Shown here piece after piece: positions 20,478 to 30,368 of a DNA stretch of 64,000 nucleotides. The DNA lies in assembly GCA_041648505.1 (NCBI GenBank), contig JBAZOY010000002.1, forward strand, positions 2,200-66,199, given 5' to 3'. Source of the stretch: Syntrophales bacterium (GTDB lineage: Bacteria; Desulfobacterota; Syntrophia; Syntrophales; CG2-30-49-12). The translations under genes and the position numbers were made by a program. How positions within the stretch are numbered: position 1 is the first letter of the stretch; each line of letters starts with the position of its first letter. The notes beneath the pieces were generated by a model that was not told where the DNA came from, searched no databases, and saw only the letters and a program-made list of their open reading frames with translations.

Positions 20478-22181
20478 ATGACCGATATGACTTTTCCTCT
20501 TCTCTCTGCCTTGATCTTCTTCCCTTTAGCAGGGGCAGTGGTGCTGATTTTAGTGCCGAGGAGAAATGCGCTTTTTATAAAAGTATTTACTCTTATATGT
20601 ACCCTTTTAGAGTTTGCCCTATCTCTTCCCCTCTACTTCAATTTTAATGACAAAACAACGGGGATGCAGTTTGTAGAACAGATAGCGTGGTTTCCCGAGT
20701 GGGGGGTCAGCTACTTTATTGGAATAGATGGTATCAGTCTCCTTCTCGTATTACTGACAACATTTCTTACGATTATATGTATCCTCTGTTCATGGGAAGG
20801 GATCACGAAGAGGGTTAAAGAGTACCATATATCCTTTCTCTTCCTTGAGACAGCGATGATCGGCACACTTTGCGCACTTGATATTGTGCTCTTCTATATC
20901 TTCTGGGAATTGATGCTCGTTCCCATGTATCTTTTAATCGGTGTCTGGGGAGGGCCGAGGCGCATATACGCAGCTATAAAATTCTTCCTCTTTACCATGG
21001 CGGGAAGTGTACTTATGCTGCTTGCCATAATGACTATCTACTTTCATTACTATAATGAGACGGGCATATATACCTTCAATCTCCTGGAACTCTATAAAGC
21101 TCAGATTCCAATAGCAAAACAGTACTGGCTGTTTGGTGCCTTTGCGCTTTCCTTTGCCATAAAAGTACCTATGTTTCCCTTTCATACCTGGTTGCCTGAT
21201 GCCCATACGGAAGCGCCGACAGCAGGCAGTGTCATTCTTGCCGGTGTTCTATTGAAAATGGGTACCTATGGTTTTTTAAGATTTGCCATTCCACTATTTC
21301 CCTGCGCTGCCCTTGATGCTATTCCCTATATCTCAATTTTGGCGATTGCCGGCATAATCTACGGCGCCATTATGTGTATCATGCAGACAGATTTAAAGAG
21401 ACTGGTTGCCTATTCCAGTGTCAGCCATCTCGGATTTGTTATGTTGGGGATATTTGCCTTCAACATGCAGGGGCTGGAAGGAAGTATATATCAGATGCTT
21501 AATCACGGGATAAGCACAGGGGGATTATTCCTGGTTGTTGGAATGATATACGAAAGAAGACACACAAGGATGATCGCAGATTTTGGAGGTTTGTCCAAAG
21601 TCATGCCCGTGCTGGCCATCTTTTTTATGATCATTACCCTCTCCTCCATCGCCCTGCCGGGGACAAACGGTTTTGTGGGAGAGTTTCTCATATTGCTCGG
21701 TACCTTTAAAAGGAACATGCTCTATGGAATACTTGCCACTACGGGTGTGATTCTTGGAGCGGTATATATGCTCTGGATGTTTCAAAGGGTGATGTTCGGG
21801 CAGTTGACGAAAGAGGACAACAAGAAACTGCTCGACATTAATGGGAGAGAAAAGGCAATACTGGTTGCAATAGTTTTTTTTGTTATCCTTATGGGTGTCT
21901 ATCCCAAGATCTTCTTCACTAAAATGGATGCGACCGTGGCCGGGTATCTCGATTATATCAAAGTAAAAACATCAAATTATACATCTCCCGAAGTGACTCA
22001 TGTTCCAGCGTCTTTAAGCTTCGGAGAGGAGAAGAAAACCGAAGGTGAAAGATATAATACCCCGCAGGGTCAGATAGTGTTCAGGCGAGCTTCGTCCGAT
22101 CATCTAGTATCTGATACTTCTTCATATTCCTCATATCATCCAATATTTTCCGGAAAGGGCATTAATCTATGGCTGTTATGA
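20478..22181 (+). CDS. nuoM: NADH-quinone oxidoreductase subunit M, with a hydrophilic C-terminal tail
   Basis: 'FYIFWELMLVPMYLLIGVWGG', 'PMFPFHTWLPDAHTEAPTAGS'. The last ~70 aa are non-membrane and Ser-rich. Confidence 0.93.
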   Translation: MTDMTFPLLSALIFFPLAGAVVLILVPRRNALFIKVFTLICTLLEFALSLPLYFNFNDKTTGMQFVEQIAWFPEWGVSYFIGIDGISLLLVLLTTFLTIICILCSWEGITKRVKEYHISFLFLETAMIGTLCALDIVLFYIFWELMLVPMYLLIGVWGGPRRIYAAIKFFLFTMAGSVLMLLAIMTIYFHYYNETGIYTFNLLELYKAQIPIAKQYWLFGAFALSFAIKVPMFPFHTWLPDAHTEAPTAGSVILAGVLLKMGTYGFLRFAIPLFPCAALDAIPYISILAIAGIIYGAIMCIMQTDLKRLVAYSSVSHLGFVMLGIFAFNMQGLEGSIYQMLNHGISTGGLFLVVGMIYERRHTRMIADFGGLSKVMPVLAIFFMIITLSSIALPGTNGFVGEFLILLGTFKRNMLYGILATTGVILGAVYMLWMFQRVMFGQLTKEDNKKLLDINGREKAILVAIVFFVILMGVYPKIFFTKMDATVAGYLDYIKVKTSNYTSPEVTHVPASLSFGEEKKTEGERYNTPQGQIVFRRASSDHLVSDTSSYSSYHPIFSGKGINLWLL

Positions 22182-23626
22182 TTCCAGAGTTGGCATTCAA
22201 ATGGATAATCCCGGAAATTATTATTTCCATATGCGCCCTCTTTATTCTTCTCCTGGGAGCTTTTAGTGGGGGGAGGGGAGGCCGAAGTGTATCGGGTGCT
22301 GTATCTATCGCAGGTTCAGCGCTTGCGTTGTATTTCACATGCAATCTATGGAATGAAAATGTTACTATATTTAATAACCTTTACACAATAGATAACTTTG
22401 GGACGTTTTTCAAGGCAACGTTTCTCATCATTTGCATTCTTGTGACCATTGTTTCTCTGAGATACATAGAGCGGGAAGAGATAAAACTGGCCGAGTATTA
22501 TTCTCTGCTGCTCCTTGGCGTTCTTGGTATGATGGTCATGACCTCCTCTACCAATTTCATTACTATCTTTATCGGGCTGGAAGTCATGTCTATAGCGATA
22601 TACATTCTTTGCGGTCTTTTAAGTGATAATGCTAAATCTGTAGAGTCGGCTCTGAAATACTTTCTCCTTGGGGCGTTTGCCACGGCATTTTTACTATACG
22701 GGATGGCGTTGGTCTATGGAACGACGGGGGTTCTTGATATAATAGAGATAAAAAATTATGTAGGCTCCGGAAGTTTTTACCTGACTCCTATGTTTGTGGC
22801 AGGTCTTGCCTTTCTCATCGTTGGGTTCGGGTTTAAGACGGCGCTTGTTCCTTTTCACATGTGGACACCGGATGTGTACGAGGGTGCGCCTACCTCTGTT
22901 ACTGCTTACATGGCGACTGGTGTTAAAGCTGCAGCCTTTGGCGCCTTTTTGCGGGTATTTTACACTGCTTTTACTCCTTTTATAGAAGGTTGGTCCGGTA
23001 TATTGTGGATTCTTGCTGTGCTTACCATGACGGTGGGGAATATCACAGCCCTTGTGCAGGACAATATAAAAAGGATGCTTGCCTACTCAAGTATCGCCCA
23101 TGCCGGCTATCTTCTCGTAGCCTTCGTAACAGGAGATAAAGCCTTTTCGTCAAGCATTCTCTACTATCTTCTCGTCTATACCTTTATGAATATCGGCGCC
23201 TTTACCGTAGTGATTCTCTTGGGCAGGAACGGCGTGGAAAATACGGACATAGACAATTATACAGGTCTCGCAAAAAGGCATCCCTTTGTTGCCTTTTCCA
23301 TGAGCCTTTTCCTCCTTTCCCTTGCCGGTATTCCGCCCCTTGCCGGTTTTATGGGCAAATTCTATATTTTTAGTGCGGCGATAAAGGCAGAATATTACTG
23401 GCTGGCGGTTATCGGTGTGCTGAACAGTACCATCGCTGCCTATTATTACCTTAGAGTCATTATGTATATGTATTTTAAGGAACCGGAGGGTGAGCTTGGG
23501 AACATTGACCTTTCTCCGGCCTATATCATTGTTATCCTCATCAGTATATGGGCAATTATTCAAATGGGAATATTCCCCAGGGAATTTCTTTTAATTGCCC
23601 AAAAATCAGTTGCTATCTTCATCTGA
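22169..23626 (+). CDS. nuoN: NADH-quinone oxidoreductase subunit N
   Basis: 'FKTALVPFHMWTPDVYEGAPTSVTAY' and 'MLAYSSIAHAGY'. It overlaps nuoM by 13 nt. Confidence 0.93.
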   Translation: MAVMIPELAFKWIIPEIIISICALFILLLGAFSGGRGGRSVSGAVSIAGSALALYFTCNLWNENVTIFNNLYTIDNFGTFFKATFLIICILVTIVSLRYIEREEIKLAEYYSLLLLGVLGMMVMTSSTNFITIFIGLEVMSIAIYILCGLLSDNAKSVESALKYFLLGAFATAFLLYGMALVYGTTGVLDIIEIKNYVGSGSFYLTPMFVAGLAFLIVGFGFKTALVPFHMWTPDVYEGAPTSVTAYMATGVKAAAFGAFLRVFYTAFTPFIEGWSGILWILAVLTMTVGNITALVQDNIKRMLAYSSIAHAGYLLVAFVTGDKAFSSSILYYLLVYTFMNIGAFTVVILLGRNGVENTDIDNYTGLAKRHPFVAFSMSLFLLSLAGIPPLAGFMGKFYIFSAAIKAEYYWLAVIGVLNSTIAAYYYLRVIMYMYFKEPEGELGNIDLSPAYIIVILISIWAIIQMGIFPREFLLIAQKSVAIFI

Positions 23627-23681
23627 TGTAGCCTAACATACACTTTACCGAAGAATCAGGTACAAATATTTACTGTTATAA

Positions 23682-24440
23682 TTAGTTAGCTGTTATATTA
23701 TACATTCCGACTCCCTTCAAATACGCTTCAACCACCTTATCGGGCTCACCAGTTGCTTCTACTTTACCACCATTAAGCCAAATAACCCTATCACATATCT
23801 CCTTTACAGATTTTAGATCGTGGGAGACCATGATGGTTGTAACACCTCCCTTTATTAACTGGATTAAAGCATCGCTGGATTTCTTCTTAAAATTCTCATC
23901 ACCTACTCCAAGTATTTCATCTATGAGAAGTAACTTTGGATCCGTAAAAACCGCAATTGAAAAAGCCAGTCGGAGATACATGCCGCTGGAGTATGTCCGG
24001 GATGGTATGTCTATAAACTCGCCTATCTCGGAAAAGGCGATGATATCTTCCATTCTTTCCAAAACCTCATCCCTTGTAAGACCAAGAAGTACGCCATTTA
24101 TAAGGATATTCTCTCTGCCGGTAAGATCAGGATGAAACCCCGCTCCAAGATCAAGGAGGGGGGTTATTTTTTGTGAGACCTTTATATCTCCCCTGGTCGG
24201 ATAAATGGTGCCAAGGAGTAAGGAGAGCAATGTGCTTTTTCCAGCGCCGTTCTTGCCTATTATGCCAAGGCACTCTCCTTTCGTGACATTAAAATTAAGG
24301 CCTTTTAATGCCCAGAAATTACAATTTGGTTTTCTTTTCACAAATTTAGGTAGATTTACCACAAATTCCTTAAAGCCAGGTCTTTCCCTCCTGAGAGGGA
24401 ATTTCTTCCACACATCTACTATTTCCGCAATATAATTCAT
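23682..24440 (-). CDS. ABC transporter ATP-binding protein (polysaccharide/teichoic-acid exporter type, Wzt/TagH-like)
   Basis: Walker A 'GKNGAGKST', signature 'YSSGMYLRLAF', Walker B 'LLLIDE'. Overlaps the upstream ABC-2 permease gene by 4 nt. Confidence 0.88.
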   Translation of the reverse strand: MNYIAEIVDVWKKFPLRRERPGFKEFVVNLPKFVKRKPNCNFWALKGLNFNVTKGECLGIIGKNGAGKSTLLSLLLGTIYPTRGDIKVSQKITPLLDLGAGFHPDLTGRENILINGVLLGLTRDEVLERMEDIIAFSEIGEFIDIPSRTYSSGMYLRLAFSIAVFTDPKLLLIDEILGVGDENFKKKSSDALIQLIKGGVTTIMVSHDLKSVKEICDRVIWLNGGKVEATGEPDKVVEAYLKGVGMYNITAN

Positions 24441-25243
24441 ATAACCTCATCCAGCCTTTTGCCAAGCCTTTGAAATACGAGAATACCAAGGAGGAGAAAA
24501 ACAAGAGAACTTCCCAAGGAGATACCAATAGCTCCCCAATCTGTAGAATTTGAAATAAATATACTTCTCCAGGCCGTTACAAGATAGGTAAGTGGATTAA
24601 GGGCAAGATAGGTCCTGTATGACTCCGGAACCATATTTAAAGGGTAAATAATGGGAGTCATCCAAAACAGCATACTGATACCCACGCCTATTATATATTC
24701 CATGTCTCTAAAATAGGCATTTACCATAGCAATTGCCAGACATATCCCGATTGTTACGGCAAGTTGTATTACTATCAGAATAGGGACTGTAAGGAACCAG
24801 CTTATGTTAGGCCCGTTCCCATAATAGTATGCAAGACCTATTATTATTGGGAGTGAAAAGAGAAAATTTACAAGCTGAGCCATTATTGTGGACAGAACAA
24901 GAAAATGTCTTGGGAAACGGACCCTTTTTATTAGATTTACATTGCCAATGAGGGTACTGGTAGACATAGTGACGGAGGCAGCGAACCAGTTCCAGGGAAA
25001 GAGGGCAGAGAGGAAAAAGAAAATATAATTTTCCATCTGAATTCGCATAAATATCTTAAAGGCAATAAAAAGGACCAGTGAAAGAAGAATAGGATTTAAT
25101 AAAGACCAGAGGATACCAAGAAAAGTTCTTTTGTATTTTACTGTTATTTCCTTCCTTGTAAGAAGACGGAGGAGGTCTATTTTTCGTTTAGTTTCTCTAT
25201 CGAAAATAAATGGCATAAATGGGGCCCAACCTTCAAATTGCAT
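24437..25243 (-). CDS. ABC-2 type transporter permease (Wzm/TagG-like)
   Basis: A 6-TM protein of 268 aa with N-terminal 'KEITVKYKRTFLGILWSLLNP', typical of ABC-2 exporters. Confidence 0.85.
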   Translation of the reverse strand: MQFEGWAPFMPFIFDRETKRKIDLLRLLTRKEITVKYKRTFLGILWSLLNPILLSLVLFIAFKIFMRIQMENYIFFFLSALFPWNWFAASVTMSTSTLIGNVNLIKRVRFPRHFLVLSTIMAQLVNFLFSLPIIIGLAYYYGNGPNISWFLTVPILIVIQLAVTIGICLAIAMVNAYFRDMEYIIGVGISMLFWMTPIIYPLNMVPESYRTYLALNPLTYLVTAWRSIFISNSTDWGAIGISLGSSLVFLLLGILVFQRLGKRLDEVI

Positions 25244-25270
25244 TGAGTATCAACTTTTTCTTAAGATACT

Positions 25271-26227
25271 CTACTTTCCCTTATAGAGAAATCTCTCAAA
25301 TAACCTGTGAAAAGGGGTCCAGCCTGATCCGTTATCCGGGGAATCATCTATGAACTTCTTAAAGGCGTTAACTTTTGCATCAAGGTCATCTACGTAGTAA
25401 ACAAGTAACGATTCTAATGTTTTGGGACGTTTGGGAGAGCCATACTCAAGCACACCATGATGGCTGAGTAACACATGCCGTAATTCCATGGCTAGTTGTA
25501 CGGGAAAATCTCTGATCTGAATAATCTTAGTATCCAGCATTTCCAGACCGATAACGATGTGTCCGATAAGCCTTCCCTGATCGGTGTAATCAATCATCAT
25601 CTGATGGGAAAGTTCATATACCTTTCCGATATCATGGAGAATACCACCTGTTATGAGTATGTCTCTGTTGATGTCTTTAAAATGTTCCGCCATCAGGGCA
25701 AGGAGGCGTGTCACTGAAAGAGTATGTTCGAGAAGACCTCCAATATAGGCATGGTGCATACTTTTGGCGGCAGGGGCTTTTTTGAAGAGTGTCTTTATTG
25801 TTTCATCCTGGAAAAATGAATTCAACAGCTCTTTCAAACATGGGGTTCTGATCTGTTCCACAAACGCCATCAGATCGTCAAACATTTTGTCAGGATCATC
25901 TTTGGCAGCAGGGAAATAGTCAGGAAGATCTATTTTATCATCGTCAACTTTTCTAATCTCGAATAGTGAAAATTGAAGAATGTTTTTGAAACTGGCAACT
26001 CTTCCCTGTACGTAGATTATGTCACCTCGTTGAAAAAGCCTGTCCCATTCCATGGCATTGTCCCAAATCCTGCCCTCTATCTCTCCTGTTTTGTCCTTGA
26101 GGCGGAGGTTAATATAGGGAGCCCCTTTCTTGGAGAAAGCGAGGTTTTTTTCTGTCACGAGGAAAGACTCGCAGATCTTATCCCCTGCTTGAATGTCTTT
26201 GATATAGATATTTTTTATTTTAATCAC
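25271..26227 (-). CDS. OB-fold plus HD-domain protein (YhaM-like 3'-5' exoribonuclease family)
   Basis: N-terminal OB-like region 'FLVTEKNLAFSKKGAPYINLRLKDKTGEIEGRIWD' and HD region 'GGLLEHTLSV...GGILHDIGK'. Confidence 0.75.
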   Translation of the reverse strand: MIKIKNIYIKDIQAGDKICESFLVTEKNLAFSKKGAPYINLRLKDKTGEIEGRIWDNAMEWDRLFQRGDIIYVQGRVASFKNILQFSLFEIRKVDDDKIDLPDYFPAAKDDPDKMFDDLMAFVEQIRTPCLKELLNSFFQDETIKTLFKKAPAAKSMHHAYIGGLLEHTLSVTRLLALMAEHFKDINRDILITGGILHDIGKVYELSHQMMIDYTDQGRLIGHIVIGLEMLDTKIIQIRDFPVQLAMELRHVLLSHHGVLEYGSPKRPKTLESLLVYYVDDLDAKVNAFKKFIDDSPDNGSGWTPFHRLFERFLYKGK

Positions 26228-27023
26228 CTACCCGTTCTTTATAAGAATATACATTCATCTTGCCACCTCTTACATAGCCGATAAGGGTTATTCCCGTTTT
26301 TCTCACTAAGCGAATGGCCCTGGATGTGGGCGCAGAGTGGGAGATAATCATCGGCACTCCCAGTTTACCTGCCTTAGTGACGATTTCCGAAGAAATCCTG
26401 CCCGTTGTCATAAGGATCTTATCGGAACAGTCAACCTCCTCGAGTAAGGCATGTCCACATAACATGTCAATAGTATTATGTCTTCCAATATCTTCTCTTA
26501 AAACAAGAATACCGTCTATATCTGCCAGCGCGGAACAGTGTGTTCCATGTGTTACATTGTGCAGATACGACGAACTAAGAAGCTCCTCCATAAGACTCAA
26601 TACCTTTTGCGGGGTAATGACGGGGTAGGATAGACGTCCGGAAGAATCCATGCCGACATTATTATAAGTCAGCGTTTCCTCCGGCCTTCTAAGACGAGCG
26701 CCGCTTGAGAAGATAGTCCCGGAGTCGAAACGGGAAGGGTATACCTCTTCTGTATAGACATGCACCATGCATCGTTCGTTAGCGATCTCAATTTTTTTTA
26801 AGTCTCCAGCAACCCTGATAATTCCTTCTATTCTGAGGAACCCTACAGCCAGTTCTTTTAAATGATTTCCCGTGCAGGCAATGGTGACAACTTTCTGATC
26901 GTTGAGAAATATTTCCAGGGATATTTCTTTGATAATCTCGGCGGAAATTCCTGAAAACCCTGAGTTGTCATAAGATTGGATGTCGAATCGCTCTATCCCC
27001 GCAGGAGATTTCTCGGAGGTCAC
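26220..27023 (-). CDS. fdhD: FdhD-family formate dehydrogenase accessory protein (no CXXC pair visible)
   Basis: 'REDIGRHNTIDML', 'TTGRISSEIVTKAGKLGVPMIISHSAPTSRAIRL', 'GITLIGYVRGGKMNVY'. The region aligning to E. coli 'GRTGCGVCG' reads 'TIFSSGARL'. Confidence 0.8.
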   Translation of the reverse strand: MTSEKSPAGIERFDIQSYDNSGFSGISAEIIKEISLEIFLNDQKVVTIACTGNHLKELAVGFLRIEGIIRVAGDLKKIEIANERCMVHVYTEEVYPSRFDSGTIFSSGARLRRPEETLTYNNVGMDSSGRLSYPVITPQKVLSLMEELLSSSYLHNVTHGTHCSALADIDGILVLREDIGRHNTIDMLCGHALLEEVDCSDKILMTTGRISSEIVTKAGKLGVPMIISHSAPTSRAIRLVRKTGITLIGYVRGGKMNVYSYKERVGD

Positions 27024-28936
27024 TTTACCTCCCTTTCTCTCAGTATCCGATGCTCTCCTGCCCTGATGGTCAGCTTTGTTACATCAAAATATTCCATCAG
27101 CGGGATGATGAATTTTCTGGAAAGTCCCGTTAAACTTTTAAAACTTGCCGGTGTGGCTTTGCCTTCCCTCCGGAGGAGATTTTTATAATCCTCGCGGAGC
27201 TTATCCAGAGCATCTCTGTCAAAATATAAGTCTTCGTTGACTTTTATCAGTACGTTTTCCCTGACCATTACATTCAGTACGTTTTCCGCCTGTACTTTCC
27301 GGCCGGCGAATTTCTCCCACACCTCTTTTATATAAGGTGGTTTAAGCCCGGCATTGAGATAAAGGCTGAATATCTTTCCACGGAGCTCCTCCAGCTCCCC
27401 TTCAAGGTTGACAGTGTGTCCGGGCAGGCGAATATTCTCCCTGTCAGCTACAATCTTCCCATTTTTTTCGAGATCTTTAATCGCTATATTGAAGAGACGA
27501 CTGACGAAACGTTTCAGGGTGGTCTTCAGTTCCTCCTTTGGCAGGCCTTCCTTCAGGGGAAATTTTTCATGGTATGATCGCACTTCCTGAAGAATTTTTT
27601 GCTGAAGGTTCTCGTATATGGAAAAGGACACAACTTTTGTTCCGTCGCTCTCCACAAGAACCGCCTGCCTTTCGGCAAACATCTTGTCTAGAATCTTTCT
27701 AAGAGAGCTCTGACGAATCCCTGTCCTCATAACAAGCTGACGAATATCAATGACTCCGAAACCGGCCCGTTCAATAATCGTGGCGGTTCTTTCTTCGGGG
27801 GTGCCTTCACGCAACAGAGCGCATTCATGAAGTACATTGTCCACGTACCTTTTATGCTTTCGGGGGAGAGGGTCAATAATCATACCGCCGCCGATAGTCG
27901 TCACTGGTGAGTAATCTCTGGTCACAAATCTGTCCCGTGTCATGGTGACTGCGGGAGATTCAAGGACAAGCTGGGCATAACAGTTTTCTCCAGGTTCTAT
28001 TGCGTCCCGGTTTAGAAGAATCATCCGGGCGATGATCTCGCTGGTTCCTGTATGGAACCTGACAAGGCTTCTGTTCTTTAATTTCCTGCCGGCGCAGGAC
28101 AGGTACTCGAAGGAGACATCCAGACGAGACGACGGCTCTAACGTCCCCGGCAGGGTCAAGACATTCCCTCTTTCGATGGTCGCCTTTTCAACGCCCTGCA
28201 GATTGATGGCTGTTCTCTGACCCGCGTGGGCAAAATCAACGCTCTGGTTATGAACCTGAATGCCTCTTATCTTTGCCGGCAACTTTTTCGGTAATATCTC
28301 CACTACTTCAGCAGCTTTTATCTGCCCCGATATCAATGTCCCCGTGACAACTGTTCCAAATCCCTTTATGGTAAATACTCTGTCAACAGGCAGTCTGAAA
28401 ATGCCTGTATCGTATTCCTCCCCCATTTCCGAGGATACCTGATCGAGAGCGACGAGAAATTCAGGAAGGCCGACGCCGGATACGGCCGAAACGGGTACAA
28501 CCGGAAATGGTTCCAAGAATGTGCCTTCCAGAAATTCAAGGACATCATCGGTGACAAGTTCAAGCCAGTCCTTATCAACTAAATCGATTTTGGTGAGGGC
28601 AACGAGCCCCCTTTTAATACCGAGGAGGGAACATATATGCAGATGTTCTCTTGTCTGAGGCATAACTCCTTCATCCGCTGCTATGACCATGACCACGAGA
28701 TCAATACCCCCAGCGCCGGCAACCATATTTTTTATAAACCTCTCGTGGCCCGGGACGTCCACAATGCCAAAGGTCTGGCCACTTTCCAGGGCTAGGGAAG
28801 CAAAGCCAAGATCAATGGTGATTCCCCTCTCCTTCTCCTCCTTGAGCCTGTCTGTGTCAATACCGGTCAAAGCCTTGATGAGCGCTGTCTTACCATGGTC
28901 AACATGTCCTGCTGTACCAAGTACGATATGCTTCAT
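27020..28936 (-). CDS. selB: Selenocysteine-specific translation elongation factor
   Basis: G1 '[11 protein letters not shown]', G3 'DVPGHERF', 'TKIDL', and a long C-terminal extension (638 aa in total). Overlaps fdhD by 4 nt. Confidence 0.92.
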   Translation of the reverse strand: MKHIVLGTAGHVDHGKTALIKALTGIDTDRLKEEKERGITIDLGFASLALESGQTFGIVDVPGHERFIKNMVAGAGGIDLVVMVIAADEGVMPQTREHLHICSLLGIKRGLVALTKIDLVDKDWLELVTDDVLEFLEGTFLEPFPVVPVSAVSGVGLPEFLVALDQVSSEMGEEYDTGIFRLPVDRVFTIKGFGTVVTGTLISGQIKAAEVVEILPKKLPAKIRGIQVHNQSVDFAHAGQRTAINLQGVEKATIERGNVLTLPGTLEPSSRLDVSFEYLSCAGRKLKNRSLVRFHTGTSEIIARMILLNRDAIEPGENCYAQLVLESPAVTMTRDRFVTRDYSPVTTIGGGMIIDPLPRKHKRYVDNVLHECALLREGTPEERTATIIERAGFGVIDIRQLVMRTGIRQSSLRKILDKMFAERQAVLVESDGTKVVSFSIYENLQQKILQEVRSYHEKFPLKEGLPKEELKTTLKRFVSRLFNIAIKDLEKNGKIVADRENIRLPGHTVNLEGELEELRGKIFSLYLNAGLKPPYIKEVWEKFAGRKVQAENVLNVMVRENVLIKVNEDLYFDRDALDKLREDYKNLLRREGKATPASFKSLTGLSRKFIIPLMEYFDVTKLTIRAGEHRILREREVK

Positions 28937-29342
28937 AAAGCTTAAAATAACAAACTCCCTCAGTTTTCACAACAATAAAAATTGTTATAGTTCACCGTCT
29001 GCCGTTTTTTGTTTACCGACAAAGTTACAGACGTGAAAAAAGTTAACGGACGGTCTTCGCCTTTTACTTGAACTGTAAAGGAACCCTGATAGAGATATCC
29101 AATTATTGTAATGCTTGGGAAGGAGGGCATCGCCTACACCGGGTTGGTAGAAACGATCAACACCGCAGTGGGCGATATAAAAGAACCATTCATAGAATGG
29201 ACTGAAATATAGCCGGAACAGCTACCCCAGATCGTTACTTTTTAAGGTACAGGAGGGAAAGTAAAGGGTGACAGATAGAGAAAACCTGTATGATACCTTG
29301 CCCGTCTACAACGAAAATGTGAACTATGCCTACTTGTACTTT

Positions 29343-29732
29343 TCAGCTTAAGTTCTTTTTAACCATTTCGAGAAATTCCTGTCTGTCGATTGGTTTTTCC
29401 ATGTATCCCTCAGGCCCTGGCACAGACCGCTTGTAGAGGAAATCCTTAAAGTTCATAAGAGGATGTTCATCCCCCCTGAACCCTGTTACAATAATCACGG
29501 GAATCCCCTTTAAACCCTCATCCTTCTTGAGTTCTCTGTATAGGCCTATGCCGGATTTTTCGGGCATCAATATATCCAGACAGACGAGATCCGGTCTGGT
29601 TTCTTTTATCTTCTTTAGCCCCTCTAAACCGTCTGCGGCCGAATCGGTCTTATAACCATTCTCCTCTAAAAGGGTAGTCAAATAGGTGATTACATCAGGC
29701 TCATCATCAATGACTATTATCTTTTTATCCAT
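29343..29732 (-). CDS. Response regulator, receiver domain only
   Basis: 'KKIIVIDDEPDV', 'DLVCLDILMPEKSG', 'PVIIVTG'. I prefer the start at 29732 because AGGAGG lies 5 nt upstream. No output domain is present. Confidence 0.88.
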   Translation of the reverse strand: MDKKIIVIDDEPDVITYLTTLLEENGYKTDSAADGLEGLKKIKETRPDLVCLDILMPEKSGIGLYRELKKDEGLKGIPVIIVTGFRGDEHPLMNFKDFLYKRSVPGPEGYMEKPIDRQEFLEMVKKNLS

Positions 29733-29824
29733 GACGTCCTCCTGTGAATTATTTTCCTGATTTACATTTAATTTATACACTTTATACAAAGATGCCAAAC
29801 GCCTGTGCAGGGTGTCGTGTGGTT

Positions 29825-30181
29825 TTAATAGGGGTGGGTTCCCACGACAACATCTTTTTTGAAATTTTCTTTCACCAACATAGTAATCTGCTCAAAATCA
29901 AGAGGGCATTGGGCTGTTTTTGCTGCCTTTACTATACAGGTCCCCAGGTGGATGACATCAAAATCTGTTTCTATACTATCAGCTATTTCCTTCATCAATT
30001 TTATTTTCGGAATAATAAGCCCCGGACAATCCCCACAGTTTCCAAGGGCTACCAGTTCGATCTCATCTTTATATCTTGCAAATTCTCCTTCCTTCTTACT
30101 GATAGCTTTGAGGCATTTCTCGCACGCCACACACAATTGATCTTGTATCCTCTTGCAACCAATAATTGCGATCTTTGTCAT
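29825..30181 (-). CDS. CGGC-domain protein
   Basis: Cys-rich: 'IIGCKRIQDQLCVACEKC', 'LGNCGDCPG', 'HLGTCIV'. I prefer the start at 30181 (AAGGGG RBS). Confidence 0.7.
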   Translation of the reverse strand: MTKIAIIGCKRIQDQLCVACEKCLKAISKKEGEFARYKDEIELVALGNCGDCPGLIIPKIKLMKEIADSIETDFDVIHLGTCIVKAAKTAQCPLDFEQITMLVKENFKKDVVVGTHPY

Positions 30182-30221
30182 ATTATTCCCCTTCAGCATC
30201 TGATTTACATCCGTAGCAGGC

Positions 30222-30332
30222 CTATTTGCTCAGGAACTTCCAGAATGGAATTATCAATAGAAGAAAAAGAATTATAACTAAATATTCAATCCCCTTCGTC
30301 GCGAAGATATCTACATAAGTAAAACCTTCCAT
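30222..30332 (-). CDS. Unannotated 36-aa single-TM protein (possible HmcD/NhcD-like small subunit)
   Basis: Own translation: MEGFTYVDIFATKGIEYLVIILFLLLIIPFWKFLSK. A GGGGAG RBS lies 7 nt upstream of the ATG. The ORF sits between the NrfD-like and CGGC genes and falls below the ORF-track length cutoff. Confidence 0.6.
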   Translation of the reverse strand: MEGFTYVDIFATKGIEYLVIILFLLLIIPFWKFLSK

Positions 30333-30368
30333 TGTGCTTCTCCCCTTCTTATTATTTGTTATTATCCT

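Noticed and set aside
28937-29342. Search for tRNA-Sec (selC) or another tRNA next to selB, including a hairpin around 29065-29090 with a TTCAA-containing loop on the minus strand
   Set aside because: I could build no acceptor, D or T arms around it. There is no GTTCGAATC-type T-loop anywhere in this gap or, as far as I could see, in the window.
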